From contig JAJEAG010000090.1 of assembly GCA_022824265.1 (NCBI GenBank), positions 15,573 to 79,572 on the forward strand: DNA of 64,000 bases, read 5' to 3'. This DNA comes from Candidatus Poribacteria bacterium. GTDB taxonomy: Bacteria > Poribacteria > WGA-4E > WGA-3G. The translations under genes were made by a program, and so were the position numbers. Shown here piece by piece: positions 39,599-50,214 of this stretch (its first letter is position 1; each line of letters opens with the position of its first letter). The notes below the pieces were generated by a model. It was given only the letters and a program-made list of their open reading frames with translations. It had not been told where the DNA came from and did no database searches.

Positions 39599-39631
39599 TC
39601 AGTGAGAATAATTATATGAAGGAGTTACAAA

Positions 39632-40573
39632 TTGAGGAATTATTTCATAATACTGCTTGTTCTCACACTTACAGTGATATATACTACTGGATGTGAGAAG
39701 CAAATGGTAGATTCTGTGATGGATGTTGTCGATCAACCCGATGTACCATCAAAGGATGATCCTGAGGCGTATGCTGTTGCATTAGTTCAATCTGCCATTG
39801 ATCTATACAAATCTGATGGTAAAGATGCCGTAATATCCTATCACAATGATCCTGCGAATATTGATGGTCAATGGTATGTGTTCATAACTGATGAAAACGA
39901 CATCTTTATCGCACATGCTCAGAGTCCACATTTGATAGATCAAGATCTTAAAGTACTGCCAGGAATTGATAGGTTAGACCTTGGGGCTGAAATAGCTATG
40001 GCGACAGAAGAAGGGAAGTGGACTGATTATTTGTGGCCGAATCCAGAAACAAACAAATTGGAACAAAAGCGGACCTGGTCAATTCGGTATGATGGATACC
40101 TATTTGCTTCTGGATATTATGTGCCGTGGAAACCAGATCCTGCGACACCTCCTGTTGTTTCAAAAGAAGATCCAGCGGCGTATACACATGCAATTGTCTT
40201 GGAAGCAATTGCGCGTTACGAATATACTGGAAAAGAAGCCACTGCGACCTACTACAACGATAAAACTAATATAGATGGTCAGTGGTATGTATTTATTACT
40301 GATGAAAACGATCACTTTGTCGCACACGCGCCAAGACCAGACTTCATAGGTACAGATCTCAAAGATGTTGAATGGCTTGATGAGGATGTTGAACGTCATG
40401 ATGGGTCAACATTAGGTACAAAAATTGCTATGGCTTCCGTAACAGGAGACTGGATTGATTATTTGTGGCCAAATCCGGAAAGTGGTGTAACTGAACTGAA
40501 ACGCACCTGGGCGATCCGACACGATGGGTATCTGTTCGGTTCAGGTTATTACATTTCAACTGAAACACAATAA
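39632..40573 (+). CDS. Lipoprotein with two tandem single-Cache-like domains
   Basis: Lipobox-like TTGC; the unit SK.DP.AY...IDGQWYVFITDEND...W.DYLWPNPE....E.KRTW.IR.DGYLF.SGYY occurs twice. Confidence 0.8.
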   Translation: MRNYFIILLVLTLTVIYTTGCEKQMVDSVMDVVDQPDVPSKDDPEAYAVALVQSAIDLYKSDGKDAVISYHNDPANIDGQWYVFITDENDIFIAHAQSPHLIDQDLKVLPGIDRLDLGAEIAMATEEGKWTDYLWPNPETNKLEQKRTWSIRYDGYLFASGYYVPWKPDPATPPVVSKEDPAAYTHAIVLEAIARYEYTGKEATATYYNDKTNIDGQWYVFITDENDHFVAHAPRPDFIGTDLKDVEWLDEDVERHDGSTLGTKIAMASVTGDWIDYLWPNPESGVTELKRTWAIRHDGYLFGSGYYISTETQ

Positions 40574-40624
40574 GCAATGGAAAATTAGCATGTTTCTTAT
40601 TAACACTTCTTGTGTTCTTTGCTG

Positions 40625-40668
40625 TTAAACAACAGTGGCGAGGGGTTACCCTCGCCACTGTTGTTTAA
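40625..40668. terminator. Perfect 20-bp stem hairpin, probable bidirectional terminator
   Basis: TTAAACAACAGTGGCGAGGG-GTTA-CCCTCGCCACTGTTGTTTAA between convergent genes. Confidence 0.8.
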
Positions 40669-40682
40669 GTTGAATGTAGAGA

Positions 40683-42014
40683 TTAATCTGCTTCTGTAGA
40701 CTGTGATTGATTTTCATCAAGTTTATCAATTAACTTATCTATCTTATCTACGAGTTTTTCAATCTTTTTCTCTAATTCATTCTCTGTGGAAGCATCTTTG
40801 AGAACCTTGGTGTGAACGTATGGCTTGGTAGTAATAGACGGAGTAACCTTAGTTATGATTGGGTCAACATCAATTAACTTTACTATGTCAGATTCATCAA
40901 GGACCGTGGTTGACTTTTTGTCAAGATCCTTAACTATAGCAATAACCTTCTGTCTAACCTCATCAGCATCATTTTTCATATCCTCAGACTGTTTCAGTAT
41001 CTTTTCCTTCATTTCACTGATTTTTTTGGCATCTGTGATAATTTGTGAGCTGATGAATGGTTTGAGTTTATATACTCTCTCCTTCATATATGCCTCTTTG
41101 TAAGTCTCCCAATCATCAGTGGTTTCAATACCGAATAGACCTAAAGACCATACCTTTGGATTCTTTTCAATTTGTACCAAAGCGTCACGTTCCAATAGAT
41201 ATGCCTGATACTCATAAAAACTGCTAATTTTTAACCCATTATCAAGTAACATCTGAAGCCATTCATCTCGAGGGTATTTTTCATCTACTTCTTCTATGGG
41301 ATATGGGATTTTGTACTCAAGTAAAATCTTCCGGCCCTTCTTATATGTGTAGTATTTTGAAGTAGTTGACAACATATTATTATATGCTTCGTCATAAGCT
41401 TCACGTAATGCATCAACATTCTGATCCACGTTTTTAGGGAGATGTTGTAATTCTTTGTCGAACATATCTTTCAAAATATGTGCTTCAACATGAACCTCTG
41501 GTGACATTATCCAATCTTTATACTCCGACAGATCCATATCTTTCTTATCAACATAAGTCTTTACTTGGATTTTGGGATTACCTTTGAGGACATGGGATTC
41601 TGTAGATTTATCCACAATCACATGCTCTTCTATATAAGATAGGTCTTCATCAGTTATTTTTTTAATCAGATCATCTATTTTCTTAGAATTGATAATTTCC
41701 TCTGTTAATAAATACTTCAGGGTTTTCTTGATATCATGATCTATATCCTCTTTTACAAATATGGGAGGTGTACTAATATCTTTTTTTAATTCTGCAGCGA
41801 TTGCAGAAAACTGTTCCTTAATATTGGATTGCATTTCCACCCAACGTTCTTTATCTATATCTCCAGCAGCTTTTAACATAATTTCCGTCTGTCGTTCCAC
41901 CCAAGTTTCCCATGGATCATCAACGGTTTTAGTGTCGGCATTAACCATATAAAGGGCAGTTAATCCCAAAATCATCAGGAGTGCAATAGTGAGTGTAGTT
42001 CTATAGGTATTCAT
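40683..42014 (-). CDS. Exported hypothetical protein, highly charged and helical
   Basis: Signal peptide and GGAG RBS; Trp-rich core DEKYPRDEWLQMLLD...GLFGIETTDDWETYKEAY; C-terminal coiled coil. Confidence 0.7.
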   Translation of the reverse strand: MNTYRTTLTIALLMILGLTALYMVNADTKTVDDPWETWVERQTEIMLKAAGDIDKERWVEMQSNIKEQFSAIAAELKKDISTPPIFVKEDIDHDIKKTLKYLLTEEIINSKKIDDLIKKITDEDLSYIEEHVIVDKSTESHVLKGNPKIQVKTYVDKKDMDLSEYKDWIMSPEVHVEAHILKDMFDKELQHLPKNVDQNVDALREAYDEAYNNMLSTTSKYYTYKKGRKILLEYKIPYPIEEVDEKYPRDEWLQMLLDNGLKISSFYEYQAYLLERDALVQIEKNPKVWSLGLFGIETTDDWETYKEAYMKERVYKLKPFISSQIITDAKKISEMKEKILKQSEDMKNDADEVRQKVIAIVKDLDKKSTTVLDESDIVKLIDVDPIITKVTPSITTKPYVHTKVLKDASTENELEKKIEKLVDKIDKLIDKLDENQSQSTEAD

Positions 42015-42138
42015 TGTAATTCTCCATAATTGTTATTTCATAAATAGAATAAATTTGCTTAATGATAGTTGTCAATATCTGTTGGTGAATAGTTTGACTA
42101 TTCTTTCGGATAGATTATCTTTTTATACACCTATTTTC

Positions 42139-43227
42139 CTACATTGTTCCATTATCTTTTTTATTGTTACTTTCAAAAAGATTCAGGATTGCCCTTACTG
42201 CTTTCTCTGTATCTCGGAGGATATTGTTCTGTTGATGTAACGCTAATATTCTATCAATTTCCCGCGATAATTCCTCAAGACCACAGAGAGTCAATATTGA
42301 CTGTTCTTGCATATAACGATAAACTTCACACCTTTTATGTTGTTTCCGTCTTTTCTGTGTGAGTGATAGAACTATCACCTTGCAACCACTGGATGCCGCT
42401 TCACATACCATTGAAAAACTGTCTGCTGTGACGATTAGTAAATCACTTACTGATAGAATGGTTTGATACGGATCATCAAGTGCTGAAGGTGTATCAGGAT
42501 CAATGAACAATGAACACCAATCTGCATTTGCAGACTTTGATTTTAGGTAATTAGAAACATCTGTAGGTGTTCGTCGAGATGTTGTTAGTAATAATTGCGC
42601 GTTGATGGTTTTAGCAACTGTATCACATATTGTATGCAGCTGTTTCGCGTCTTCAACCGTTATTGTCTCGTACCGATCTGTTCCTCCTAAGAGGATTCCA
42701 ATGACCGTCCCTTCTTGTAGTTGTAGGACTTGTTTCAGATGGTCTTGTTTCGTCTTCAGTATGTCAGGAGAAATTGGGTTTGGCACTCCTATTGTTTTAC
42801 ATACATTGTTTCGGTCTTTAGCACTATTCCATGATAGCATCGGTAGAATTGCAAGGTCAAAATGTCGGATACCTATCGGTGAAGGTCTGCGACAGGTGAC
42901 TGTTTTAGCATTGAGGAGTTTACCGAGAAGTAAATTAACAGCAGCTACAGAAGAACCAGTCGAAAGAACTAAGTCTATATCTTGGATTTGTAAAATTGCG
43001 TGGTAGGAAGAAGTAGTAAGACTCCAACGAAGAAGGAAACGTATGATTGAGGTTGACAGGGGTATGCCAGCGGAAACACGCGTGATTACGCGTAGGAGAT
43101 TATCACGCCATTTATGCTGAAATTCTATCTCAAGCCATTCCACGCGGCAATCCGACATTTTTTCTACAATGCCTAATGATTGTTTGTAATGCCCTGGCTT
43201 TTTATCACTTAAGACAACAATATTCAT
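42139..43227 (-). CDS. ELM1-family (Mito_fiss_Elm1) protein
   Basis: LSDKKPGHYKQSLG, GILLGG, LLTTSRRTP and VTADSFSMVCEAASSG. Confidence 0.85.
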   Translation of the reverse strand: MNIVVLSDKKPGHYKQSLGIVEKMSDCRVEWLEIEFQHKWRDNLLRVITRVSAGIPLSTSIIRFLLRWSLTTSSYHAILQIQDIDLVLSTGSSVAAVNLLLGKLLNAKTVTCRRPSPIGIRHFDLAILPMLSWNSAKDRNNVCKTIGVPNPISPDILKTKQDHLKQVLQLQEGTVIGILLGGTDRYETITVEDAKQLHTICDTVAKTINAQLLLTTSRRTPTDVSNYLKSKSANADWCSLFIDPDTPSALDDPYQTILSVSDLLIVTADSFSMVCEAASSGCKVIVLSLTQKRRKQHKRCEVYRYMQEQSILTLCGLEELSREIDRILALHQQNNILRDTEKAVRAILNLFESNNKKDNGTM

Positions 43228-44051
43228 TGTAAATTATATTCAATCAATTCAGAAATGCCGCGTTCATCTTCAATTTTAACTATGCCTATATAAGGGACAA
43301 ACCAGATTGTTTGATCGCGTATGATTGACACTTCATTAGACAATACGGTTTGCATGATTTTTGTATTATATTTGATTTGAAATGTTGTCTCAAACATGCC
43401 TACGGGGGATTCAATGGTCTCTTCGCTAAGAACTACTCCTTCAACCATGAAATGCACCTCAAAAGGAAAATTAAGGAGTGTCAGGTTTTGTAAAGATATA
43501 TTTCCATTGACTTCTGCATTGAGAACATTCCATTGAGAATTGGAAATCAAAGGAATTTGGAGGAAAACCAGATCGGGATACGTAATTTGTTCAAGTGTCA
43601 CATTTACTTCCAAGCCTTCGAATTCATCTTTTACAGATGTAAGGAGATCGGTCTGTATATAGCGATCTATCTGTTCGCCAACATCAAAAAGTATCTGATT
43701 CTGATTAACACTGAAGAATGTCGGATTTAGGAAATCAATTTCTGTTTCGGTAATTGAAGGTTTATAGGTAAAGGTAAGATAATCTTGATCTTGAGAGTCT
43801 TTTCTGTCTATAACTTCCCGTATCCATTCTGATCCGTCAGCATTTCTATAAACCCATCTGCTACCAACAGCATCGGGGAAGTAGTTCGGTTTTGTCTTGG
43901 TAGGTTCTGGTAGTTCATCGGAACCACATGCAACAAGCAACAAGGTAATGCATAGTGTGAAAAATAATATCCTCATTTTATCTAAGATTCTACATTTTAC
44001 TTGAAATGTTAGCCAGTAGAAATTAGGTGAAATGTGCGAGAAAAAACGCAT
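43224..44051 (-). CDS. Hypothetical lipoprotein (likely start ATG 43976)
   Basis: MRILFF...LLVAC lipobox; NYFP...GSRWVY and WFVPYIGIVK; ATGA overlap with the ELM1 gene. Confidence 0.75.
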   Translation of the reverse strand: MRFFSHISPNFYWLTFQVKCRILDKMRILFFTLCITLLLVACGSDELPEPTKTKPNYFPDAVGSRWVYRNADGSEWIREVIDRKDSQDQDYLTFTYKPSITETEIDFLNPTFFSVNQNQILFDVGEQIDRYIQTDLLTSVKDEFEGLEVNVTLEQITYPDLVFLQIPLISNSQWNVLNAEVNGNISLQNLTLLNFPFEVHFMVEGVVLSEETIESPVGMFETTFQIKYNTKIMQTVLSNEVSIIRDQTIWFVPYIGIVKIEDERGISELIEYNLQ

Positions 44052-44119
44052 TTCACCTCTTTTTATTTATCTGTAGACTCTTCTTTTATACCAAATTAAC
44101 CGATTCGTCTTATTTACAC

Positions 44120-44203
44120 GGGAGAGGAAACCTCGTCCCTACTTACAGTTCTTTGATCTCGGCAGAAGGCATATTTGGCATTCTGCATTGGTTAGGAAAC
44201 CGC
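44120..44203. repeat. REP-like element (family E) followed by a family D repeat
   Basis: GGGAGAGGAAACCTCGTCCCTAC (44120-44142) resembles 46292-46314. GGCAGAAGGCATATTTGGCATTCTGCATTGGTTAGGAAACCGC (44161-44203) resembles 7119-7160. Confidence 0.6.
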
Positions 44204-44295
44204 CAAATCAAAAAATCAATGCTACAAATCATGGCAAATGCCATACGCGCATTCGCCTCAAGACATTTATGTAATTGAAACTGCAGGAAGTCGTA

Positions 44296-44577
44296 TCAGG
44301 AAACTTTTAGGGTTCTATCCAGTTCGTTCCCTTTTCGATCTACAGTTTTGTTGATATCTTCAGAGTTAACTCGTGTCATAATTATCAAAGGCATATCCAA
44401 TAACCGCATCAAGTTTCGCAACATATAATTTATATCGGTATTCTGTATACCATTGAGGAATATGATTTCACAACCATTTTCATCAGACAATTTGTGACTT
44501 TCCTTGACTACTGATTTTGTGACCGTATCTAAACCCTTTCTTTTGATAGCATCAGGACCTATAATAATCCGAATCAT
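44296..44577 (-). CDS. Small hypothetical protein (93 aa)
   Basis: AGGAG RBS; alpha/beta pattern (EIIFLNG, DMPLIIMT). Confidence 0.5.
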   Translation of the reverse strand: MIRIIIGPDAIKRKGLDTVTKSVVKESHKLSDENGCEIIFLNGIQNTDINYMLRNLMRLLDMPLIIMTRVNSEDINKTVDRKGNELDRTLKVS

Positions 44578-44668
44578 ATTAGTGGATACTCCTATGATTT
44601 ATATATACGCGTATACAGTCAAGTAAAGATAACTATACTCAGCATTGCGTTCTAACATACTTTACTAT

Positions 44669-46054
44669 TTATGCAAAACCGATGTATCGAGCGATAAAGA
44701 AAATAGCAAAATAGTGGACGAGTGGATTTACTTCTTTATGCCTTCTGGTGACTAATTTTAGAAATGAAATAGAAATGAAACCGAATGCGATTCCTTCAGT
44801 AATACTGAATGACAGCGGCATCATAAATACAGTCAGTGCAGCTGGAATAGATTCAGTAAAATCATCCCAATTGATATTGATTAGATCTTTCAACATCAGG
44901 CATCCCACAGCTATTAATGCAGGTCCAATAATCGGGTGAAGTAAAGTAGTTATTGTTGTTGGATTTCCATTGATCGCCGTAGTAGTCATTGAAGGAACAT
45001 CTCCACCGACAATTTCAATCAATGGTGAGAAAAACAGAGCTAACAGCATCAAAATTCCAACTACAACTGAAGTTAATCCTGTTCGACCACCTTCAGCAAT
45101 ACCGGAAGCACTTTCAATATAACATGTTACTGTGGATGTGCCAAGGCATGCTCCTCCTACTGAACCGATTGCATCTGTCAATAGTGCTTGCCGTGCCTTT
45201 GATAGTTTACCATCTTCCAGCAAATCTGCTTCGTGTCCTGTAGCCGTAAGCGTTCCAATACTATCAAACATATCCACAGAAAAGAATACAAAAATGATAG
45301 GGATCAGTTCAATTTTGCTGAAGATTTCTTTAAAACTAAATTTAAAAAGTGTTGGTTCTATTGATGGTGGTGCTGATACCCACTTATTAACAGGAACAAA
45401 ATCAACAGTTCCTACAACTAATGCGAGAGCGGTTGTAGCGAGTATCCCCATTAGAATTGCTCCACGTACTCTAAGTACCAGAAGTGTCAAGATAACTAAG
45501 ATTCCAAATATTGATACTAACACGGGTGTTGAATGTATATTTCCAAGAGATACATACGTTGTCCCATGAATAGTAATGATTCCACTCATCTGTAATCCAA
45601 TAAATGCAATAAACAATCCAATACCTACAGCAATCGCGTTATGAAGAGCAGATGGCAATGCATTCATTACTGCTTCACGTAACCCTACGAATGAAAGGAT
45701 GGTGAACAACATACCTGAAATGAAAACAATTCCTAATGCATCTTGCCAAGCCAGTCCTAATGCTGCAGGATTGCAAACGCTAAAGACAAAATATGCATTG
45801 ATCCCCATACCGGGGGCAAGTGCAACAGGATAATTGGTCATGAATGCCATAAGGATAGTCGCACCTGCACTTGAAAGACAAGTTGCAACCATTACTGCTC
45901 CACTGTCCATTCCAGCAATTGACAGAAGCGTAGGTTGAACAAATATGATGTATGATAAAGTCGTAAAGGTTGTAAAACCTGCAACAATTTCTCGTCTAAC
46001 GGATGTACCGTTTTCTTTTAGACGGAACAATTTTTCTAACATAACCTCTCCCAA
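44669..46054 (-). CDS. NCS2/AzgA-family purine permease (likely start ATG 46042)
   Basis: EIVAGFTTF, ALAPGMGINAYF, DMFDSIGTL and YIESASGIAEGGRTGLT. Confidence 0.92.
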   Translation of the reverse strand: MGEVMLEKLFRLKENGTSVRREIVAGFTTFTTLSYIIFVQPTLLSIAGMDSGAVMVATCLSSAGATILMAFMTNYPVALAPGMGINAYFVFSVCNPAALGLAWQDALGIVFISGMLFTILSFVGLREAVMNALPSALHNAIAVGIGLFIAFIGLQMSGIITIHGTTYVSLGNIHSTPVLVSIFGILVILTLLVLRVRGAILMGILATTALALVVGTVDFVPVNKWVSAPPSIEPTLFKFSFKEIFSKIELIPIIFVFFSVDMFDSIGTLTATGHEADLLEDGKLSKARQALLTDAIGSVGGACLGTSTVTCYIESASGIAEGGRTGLTSVVVGILMLLALFFSPLIEIVGGDVPSMTTTAINGNPTTITTLLHPIIGPALIAVGCLMLKDLININWDDFTESIPAALTVFMMPLSFSITEGIAFGFISISFLKLVTRRHKEVNPLVHYFAIFFIARYIGFA

Positions 46055-46116
46055 TTAGGATTCGCGAATTGAGAATCATTTCTTATGTTAACGTGTGATC
46101 AGTATCGGAGATTTAT

Positions 46117-46175
46117 TGTAGCGCAAACTGTCAGTTTGTGATGTGCAAATTTGCAAACTAACAGTTTGCGCTACA
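46117..46175. repeat. Inverted REP pair (REPIN-like), family A
   Basis: Perfect 15-bp inverted ends TGTAGCGCAAACTGT and ACAGTTTGCGCTACA. Confidence 0.75.
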
Positions 46176-46244
46176 TAATTCGGTTTTCAAACCGCAGCTA
46201 TATGGGTATGTGAGTAGAATTCAAGACAAAATCACATCTTCATC

Positions 46245-46314
46245 GTGGGTGCGAGGTTGCCTCGCCCTCAGAAAGAAAGATGGTTCTAATCGGGCGGGGA
46301 GACCCCGCCCCTAC
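46245..46314. repeat. Inverted REP pair, family E
   Basis: GTGGGTGCGAGGTTGCCTCGCCC and GGGCGGGGAGACCCCGCCCCTAC. Confidence 0.7.
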
Positions 46315-46335
46315 AAGTGGCTTACGAGATATGGT

Positions 46336-48132
46336 CTATTGTTTTTCACGTAAACGGGTTTCTAATGCATCTAATTCATCGTATAGAGCCTTAGGGAGTC
46401 TTTCCTCAAATCGTTCATAATGTTCCCGTATAGACTCAATTTCATTCAACCACTCATCAGTATCAACATCAAGAAGTTCATCCATTTGAGCATCGGTTAC
46501 ATCTATTCCAGATGTATCTATTGCACCTTCAGCGGGTGTATAACCGATTGGTGTTTCAACAGCATCGCTTTTTCCACTGATACGTTCAACAATCCATTTT
46601 AGGACACGACTGTTTTCACCAAAGCCGGGCCAGAGCCATCCTCCATCTTCATCTTTGCGGAACCAATTGACATAGAAGATTTTGGGTAGTTTATCTTCAT
46701 CGGTTTTTTGCCCCATTTCCAACCAATGTGCGAAGTAGTCGCCCATGTTATATCCGCAGAAGGGAAGCATAGCCATTGGATCGCGACGAAGTTCTCCAAC
46801 AGTTCCTGCGGCAGCAGCAGTGCGTTCAGAGGAAGCAATTGAACCGATAAATGTTCCATGTTGCCAATTGAATGCTTCAAATACGAGTGGTACTGTAGAG
46901 GCGCGTCGTCCCCCGAATAGGATCGCTGAAATGGGTACTCCGTTTGGATTTTCCCAATTCGGATCGATGATTGGACATTGTGCTGCAGGTGTTGTATATC
47001 TGGCATTTGGGTGTGCAGCGGTTTTCTCATCACCTGGATGCCACTCTTCACCGAGCCAACTTGTAACCGTGTCTGGTTCATCATCGCTCATCTCTTCCCA
47101 CCATACATCTGTATCCTCAGTGAGTGCAGCATTTGTAAAGATTGAGTTTGATTCAAGTGTGTGCATGGCATTGGGGTTGGTGTCCATTGATGTACCGGGG
47201 GCAACCCCGAAAAATCCTGCTTCTGGATTAATGGCGTAGAGTCTACCATCTTCACCAAATTTCATCCATGCAATGTCGTCACCGATTGTTTCTGCTTTCC
47301 ATCCCGGAATAGTTGGTGTGAGCATTGCAAGGTTAGTTTTACCACAAGCACTGGGAAACGCTGCTGCGATATAAGTCTTTTCACCTTCTGGACTTGTTAG
47401 ACCTAAAATGAGCATGTGTTCTGCCATCCACCCATCGTTTTTCGCCATAATAGAGGCAATTCGGAGTGCATAGCATTTCTTACCAAGTAATGCATTTCCA
47501 CCATACCCACTGCCGTAAGACCAGATAGAACGTTCTTCTGGAAAGTGAACAATATATTTGTTATCCGGATTGCAGGGCCATGAAACATCTTCTTGACCTT
47601 CTTCAAGAGGCATTCCAACAGAGTGTAAACAAGGGACAAAGTCACCATCTTCTCCTAATATATCTAATACCTCTTTACCCATTCGTGTCATAATCCGCAT
47701 ATTGACAACAACATAAGGTGAATCACTTATTTCAACACCGATATGTGAAATCGGAGAACCGAGAGGACCCATGCTAAAGGGAACAACATACATTGTTCGT
47801 CCTTTCATACACCCCTTAAATAGCCCTTTTAACGTCTCCTTCATTTCATCTGGATCATGCCAATTGTTAGTGGGTCCTGCCTCAGCTGGGGTTTTGGCGC
47901 ATATATAGGTTCTTCCTTCAACGCGAGCGACATCTGCAGGATTAGACCGTGCGAGGTAACTTCCAGGTCGTTTATCCGGATTCAACCGAACAAATGTTCC
48001 CTTTTGAACTAACATCTCACATAACCGGTCATTTTCTTCCTGAGAACCATCGCACCAATAGATTTCATCAGGCTGGCATAGTTCTGCTGCTTCGTTCACC
48101 CAACTGAGCAGTTTATTATTGTTTGTCATCAA
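46336..48132 (-). CDS. pckG: Phosphoenolpyruvate carboxykinase (GTP)
   Basis: [41 protein letters not shown] and [13 protein letters not shown]. Confidence 0.97.
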   Translation of the reverse strand: MMTNNNKLLSWVNEAAELCQPDEIYWCDGSQEENDRLCEMLVQKGTFVRLNPDKRPGSYLARSNPADVARVEGRTYICAKTPAEAGPTNNWHDPDEMKETLKGLFKGCMKGRTMYVVPFSMGPLGSPISHIGVEISDSPYVVVNMRIMTRMGKEVLDILGEDGDFVPCLHSVGMPLEEGQEDVSWPCNPDNKYIVHFPEERSIWSYGSGYGGNALLGKKCYALRIASIMAKNDGWMAEHMLILGLTSPEGEKTYIAAAFPSACGKTNLAMLTPTIPGWKAETIGDDIAWMKFGEDGRLYAINPEAGFFGVAPGTSMDTNPNAMHTLESNSIFTNAALTEDTDVWWEEMSDDEPDTVTSWLGEEWHPGDEKTAAHPNARYTTPAAQCPIIDPNWENPNGVPISAILFGGRRASTVPLVFEAFNWQHGTFIGSIASSERTAAAAGTVGELRRDPMAMLPFCGYNMGDYFAHWLEMGQKTDEDKLPKIFYVNWFRKDEDGGWLWPGFGENSRVLKWIVERISGKSDAVETPIGYTPAEGAIDTSGIDVTDAQMDELLDVDTDEWLNEIESIREHYERFEERLPKALYDELDALETRLREKQ

Positions 48133-48339
48133 AATCCTCCTATTGAATTAGTAAACTATATCACAGTAGATATAAAGTTGCAATCAAGTTATATAAAATA
48201 TATAGAATTAAAATAAATAATCATGTCTTTTTTTATGATAATTCAACTAATTTATTGTTTGTCAAATATCATTTTAATTTTAACCATCAAGACGTAGAAA
48301 TTCCAATAAAGTTGAAGGTCATCTATGGGAACAACAATG

Positions 48340-50211
48340 TTAGAATGACGCACCTAATTTCACATGTATTTTTCCACGTAGGGCAGAATCTCCTGCTGCA
48401 AGTCCATAATCAAGTTGAATTATCCCACTTTTGGATTCAAGCCTTGCTCCGAACCCATATCCTACTCTCAATTTATCAAAAACAGATGGACGGTCAATGA
48501 ATGTAACTGAACCTAAATCTACAAAGGTAAAGATTTGTGAATTCCTACCGGTAAGGAATCTATATTCAAGATTTGCATGTACCCGACGGGGTCCTGAGAA
48601 CCAATCCTCATCATAACCTCTCAATGTTGTTGCACCACCTAAATAAAAAAGTTCTGTTGGTGGAAAGTTGACTCCCCATGCAGCAGCACCATGTATTTCT
48701 ATTGCTACGATCTGGTTTTCCCATGTTTGAAAGTATTGCTGTATGTCAAACCACATTTTACGGAGATTAAATTTACTTTGTGAGAGTTCAACTGCAAAAC
48801 TGTCGCGTCTTCCCTGTGTTGGATTTAGGTAATAATCACGCGAATCTCGTGTTAACCGTAGAGTTACACTATATTTCGTTCCACGTTCAATAGTTGGTGA
48901 TATATTGTCTAACTGTGTTGACATAGATGAGGAAAGTGGGTCCTGTTGTGAGGCACTTGGCAACGGTGACGGTATTCCTTCAAACATAATCTGTTTATAT
49001 CCAAGCGTCATCTCCCCTTCATAGTACCCACCGATTTTCATATTTCCACTGATATTTGCAGCTTTTTCTTCAGATTCTGCATCATTAATTGGATTACGTT
49101 GACTGAGTTGACTATATGTCAATCCTAATGTAATCGGTTTGTCTAAAACCCAAGGTTCTCTATACCCAATACTTAAGGATTTTAAAAGACCGGATTTCCA
49201 AGAGAAATGAATATCTCGTGCTGTTCCTAACAGGTTTGTTTCACGAAATTCTACCACTCCTGTTAGTTGTGGTACGGATTCTGAACCCTCAACAGGTGGG
49301 GCATAGCCAAGTATTCCAATTAATCGTCCTGTTCGTGCTTCCGTGACTTTCGCATGAAAAACAATTGTATCTTCAGTTGTTCCTTCCTCCAAAACATTTG
49401 GATGAATTTGGTGAAAATAACCTAAATTCCGTATTCGATGGTAACTTTGGTCAATCTTCCGTTGGTTATAGTATTCATCAACTTTAATGGGCAATTCTCT
49501 TAGAATAACATCAGATTTTGTTTTTTCATTCCCACTAACCTTTACTTCACTGAGTCTAACTTTTACTCCTTCACGTATTTGTAATCCAATATTCAATTCC
49601 CCCTCATCTTGGGAAAGATTAAGGATAGAAGTTTCTATCTCAACTTTCGGATATCCATGTTCACTGTATAACATCTGAATTCGTTCAATACCTTCCTCAA
49701 GTAAATTTCGTGTGAAGTATTGTCCTTTGCGTATGCTAAGTTGACGCAATAATTTTGATTTGGAGAATAGTTTGTACCCTGCTATGGTAAAAGCTCCGAA
49801 ACGGAGTCGTTTCCCTTCTCGGATTTTTACATTTATGGATATTGCTGGATTTCTTATTGAAATAGGGATAGTGCGTGGGATGACTTGTGCGAAAATGAAA
49901 CCTTCTTTACGATATGCACCAATGACACGTTCAAACCCATCGTTAATTTCCTTACGAGAATATACTTTATCTGACTGCCAATCAAATAGAACTCGCAACC
50001 GTCTATTATTGAAATGTTTATTTCCATCAAAGCTGAGCTTAGCAATGGTGTAAAGAGGAATCGTGTTGATATCCTCTGTTTCGTTTTCTGATAATGGGTT
50101 TTCTTGAGTAGTCTGTTGCTCTTGATCGTTAAATGTATGTGCAATTTCTGGGGAAATTACTAAATTGAAAAGCAATAGACTGATAAGTATAAGGAAGCGG
50201 TATGAGTGCAT
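48340..50211 (-). CDS. Second Omp85-family (BamA/TamA-like) outer membrane protein
   Basis: Signal peptide, about three POTRA-like units, FYLGGATTLRGY, GYGFG and C-terminal LGASF. Confidence 0.85.
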   Translation of the reverse strand: MHSYRFLILISLLLFNLVISPEIAHTFNDQEQQTTQENPLSENETEDINTIPLYTIAKLSFDGNKHFNNRRLRVLFDWQSDKVYSRKEINDGFERVIGAYRKEGFIFAQVIPRTIPISIRNPAISINVKIREGKRLRFGAFTIAGYKLFSKSKLLRQLSIRKGQYFTRNLLEEGIERIQMLYSEHGYPKVEIETSILNLSQDEGELNIGLQIREGVKVRLSEVKVSGNEKTKSDVILRELPIKVDEYYNQRKIDQSYHRIRNLGYFHQIHPNVLEEGTTEDTIVFHAKVTEARTGRLIGILGYAPPVEGSESVPQLTGVVEFRETNLLGTARDIHFSWKSGLLKSLSIGYREPWVLDKPITLGLTYSQLSQRNPINDAESEEKAANISGNMKIGGYYEGEMTLGYKQIMFEGIPSPLPSASQQDPLSSSMSTQLDNISPTIERGTKYSVTLRLTRDSRDYYLNPTQGRRDSFAVELSQSKFNLRKMWFDIQQYFQTWENQIVAIEIHGAAAWGVNFPPTELFYLGGATTLRGYDEDWFSGPRRVHANLEYRFLTGRNSQIFTFVDLGSVTFIDRPSVFDKLRVGYGFGARLESKSGIIQLDYGLAAGDSALRGKIHVKLGASF

Positions 50212-50214
50212 GTG

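Noticed and set aside
39420-39631. Cobalamin riboswitch upstream of the B12 radical SAM/ECF operon
   Set aside because: The gap is short, AT-rich and filled by two divergent promoters; no B12-box was seen.
44027-44278. 83-aa plus-strand ORF
   Set aside because: It runs through two repeat elements and the upstream region of the lipoprotein gene, so it is probably spurious.
46055-46335. Purine riboswitch upstream of the NCS2 permease
   Set aside because: The hairpins are REP-like palindromes with homologues elsewhere in the window; no purine aptamer core was recognised.
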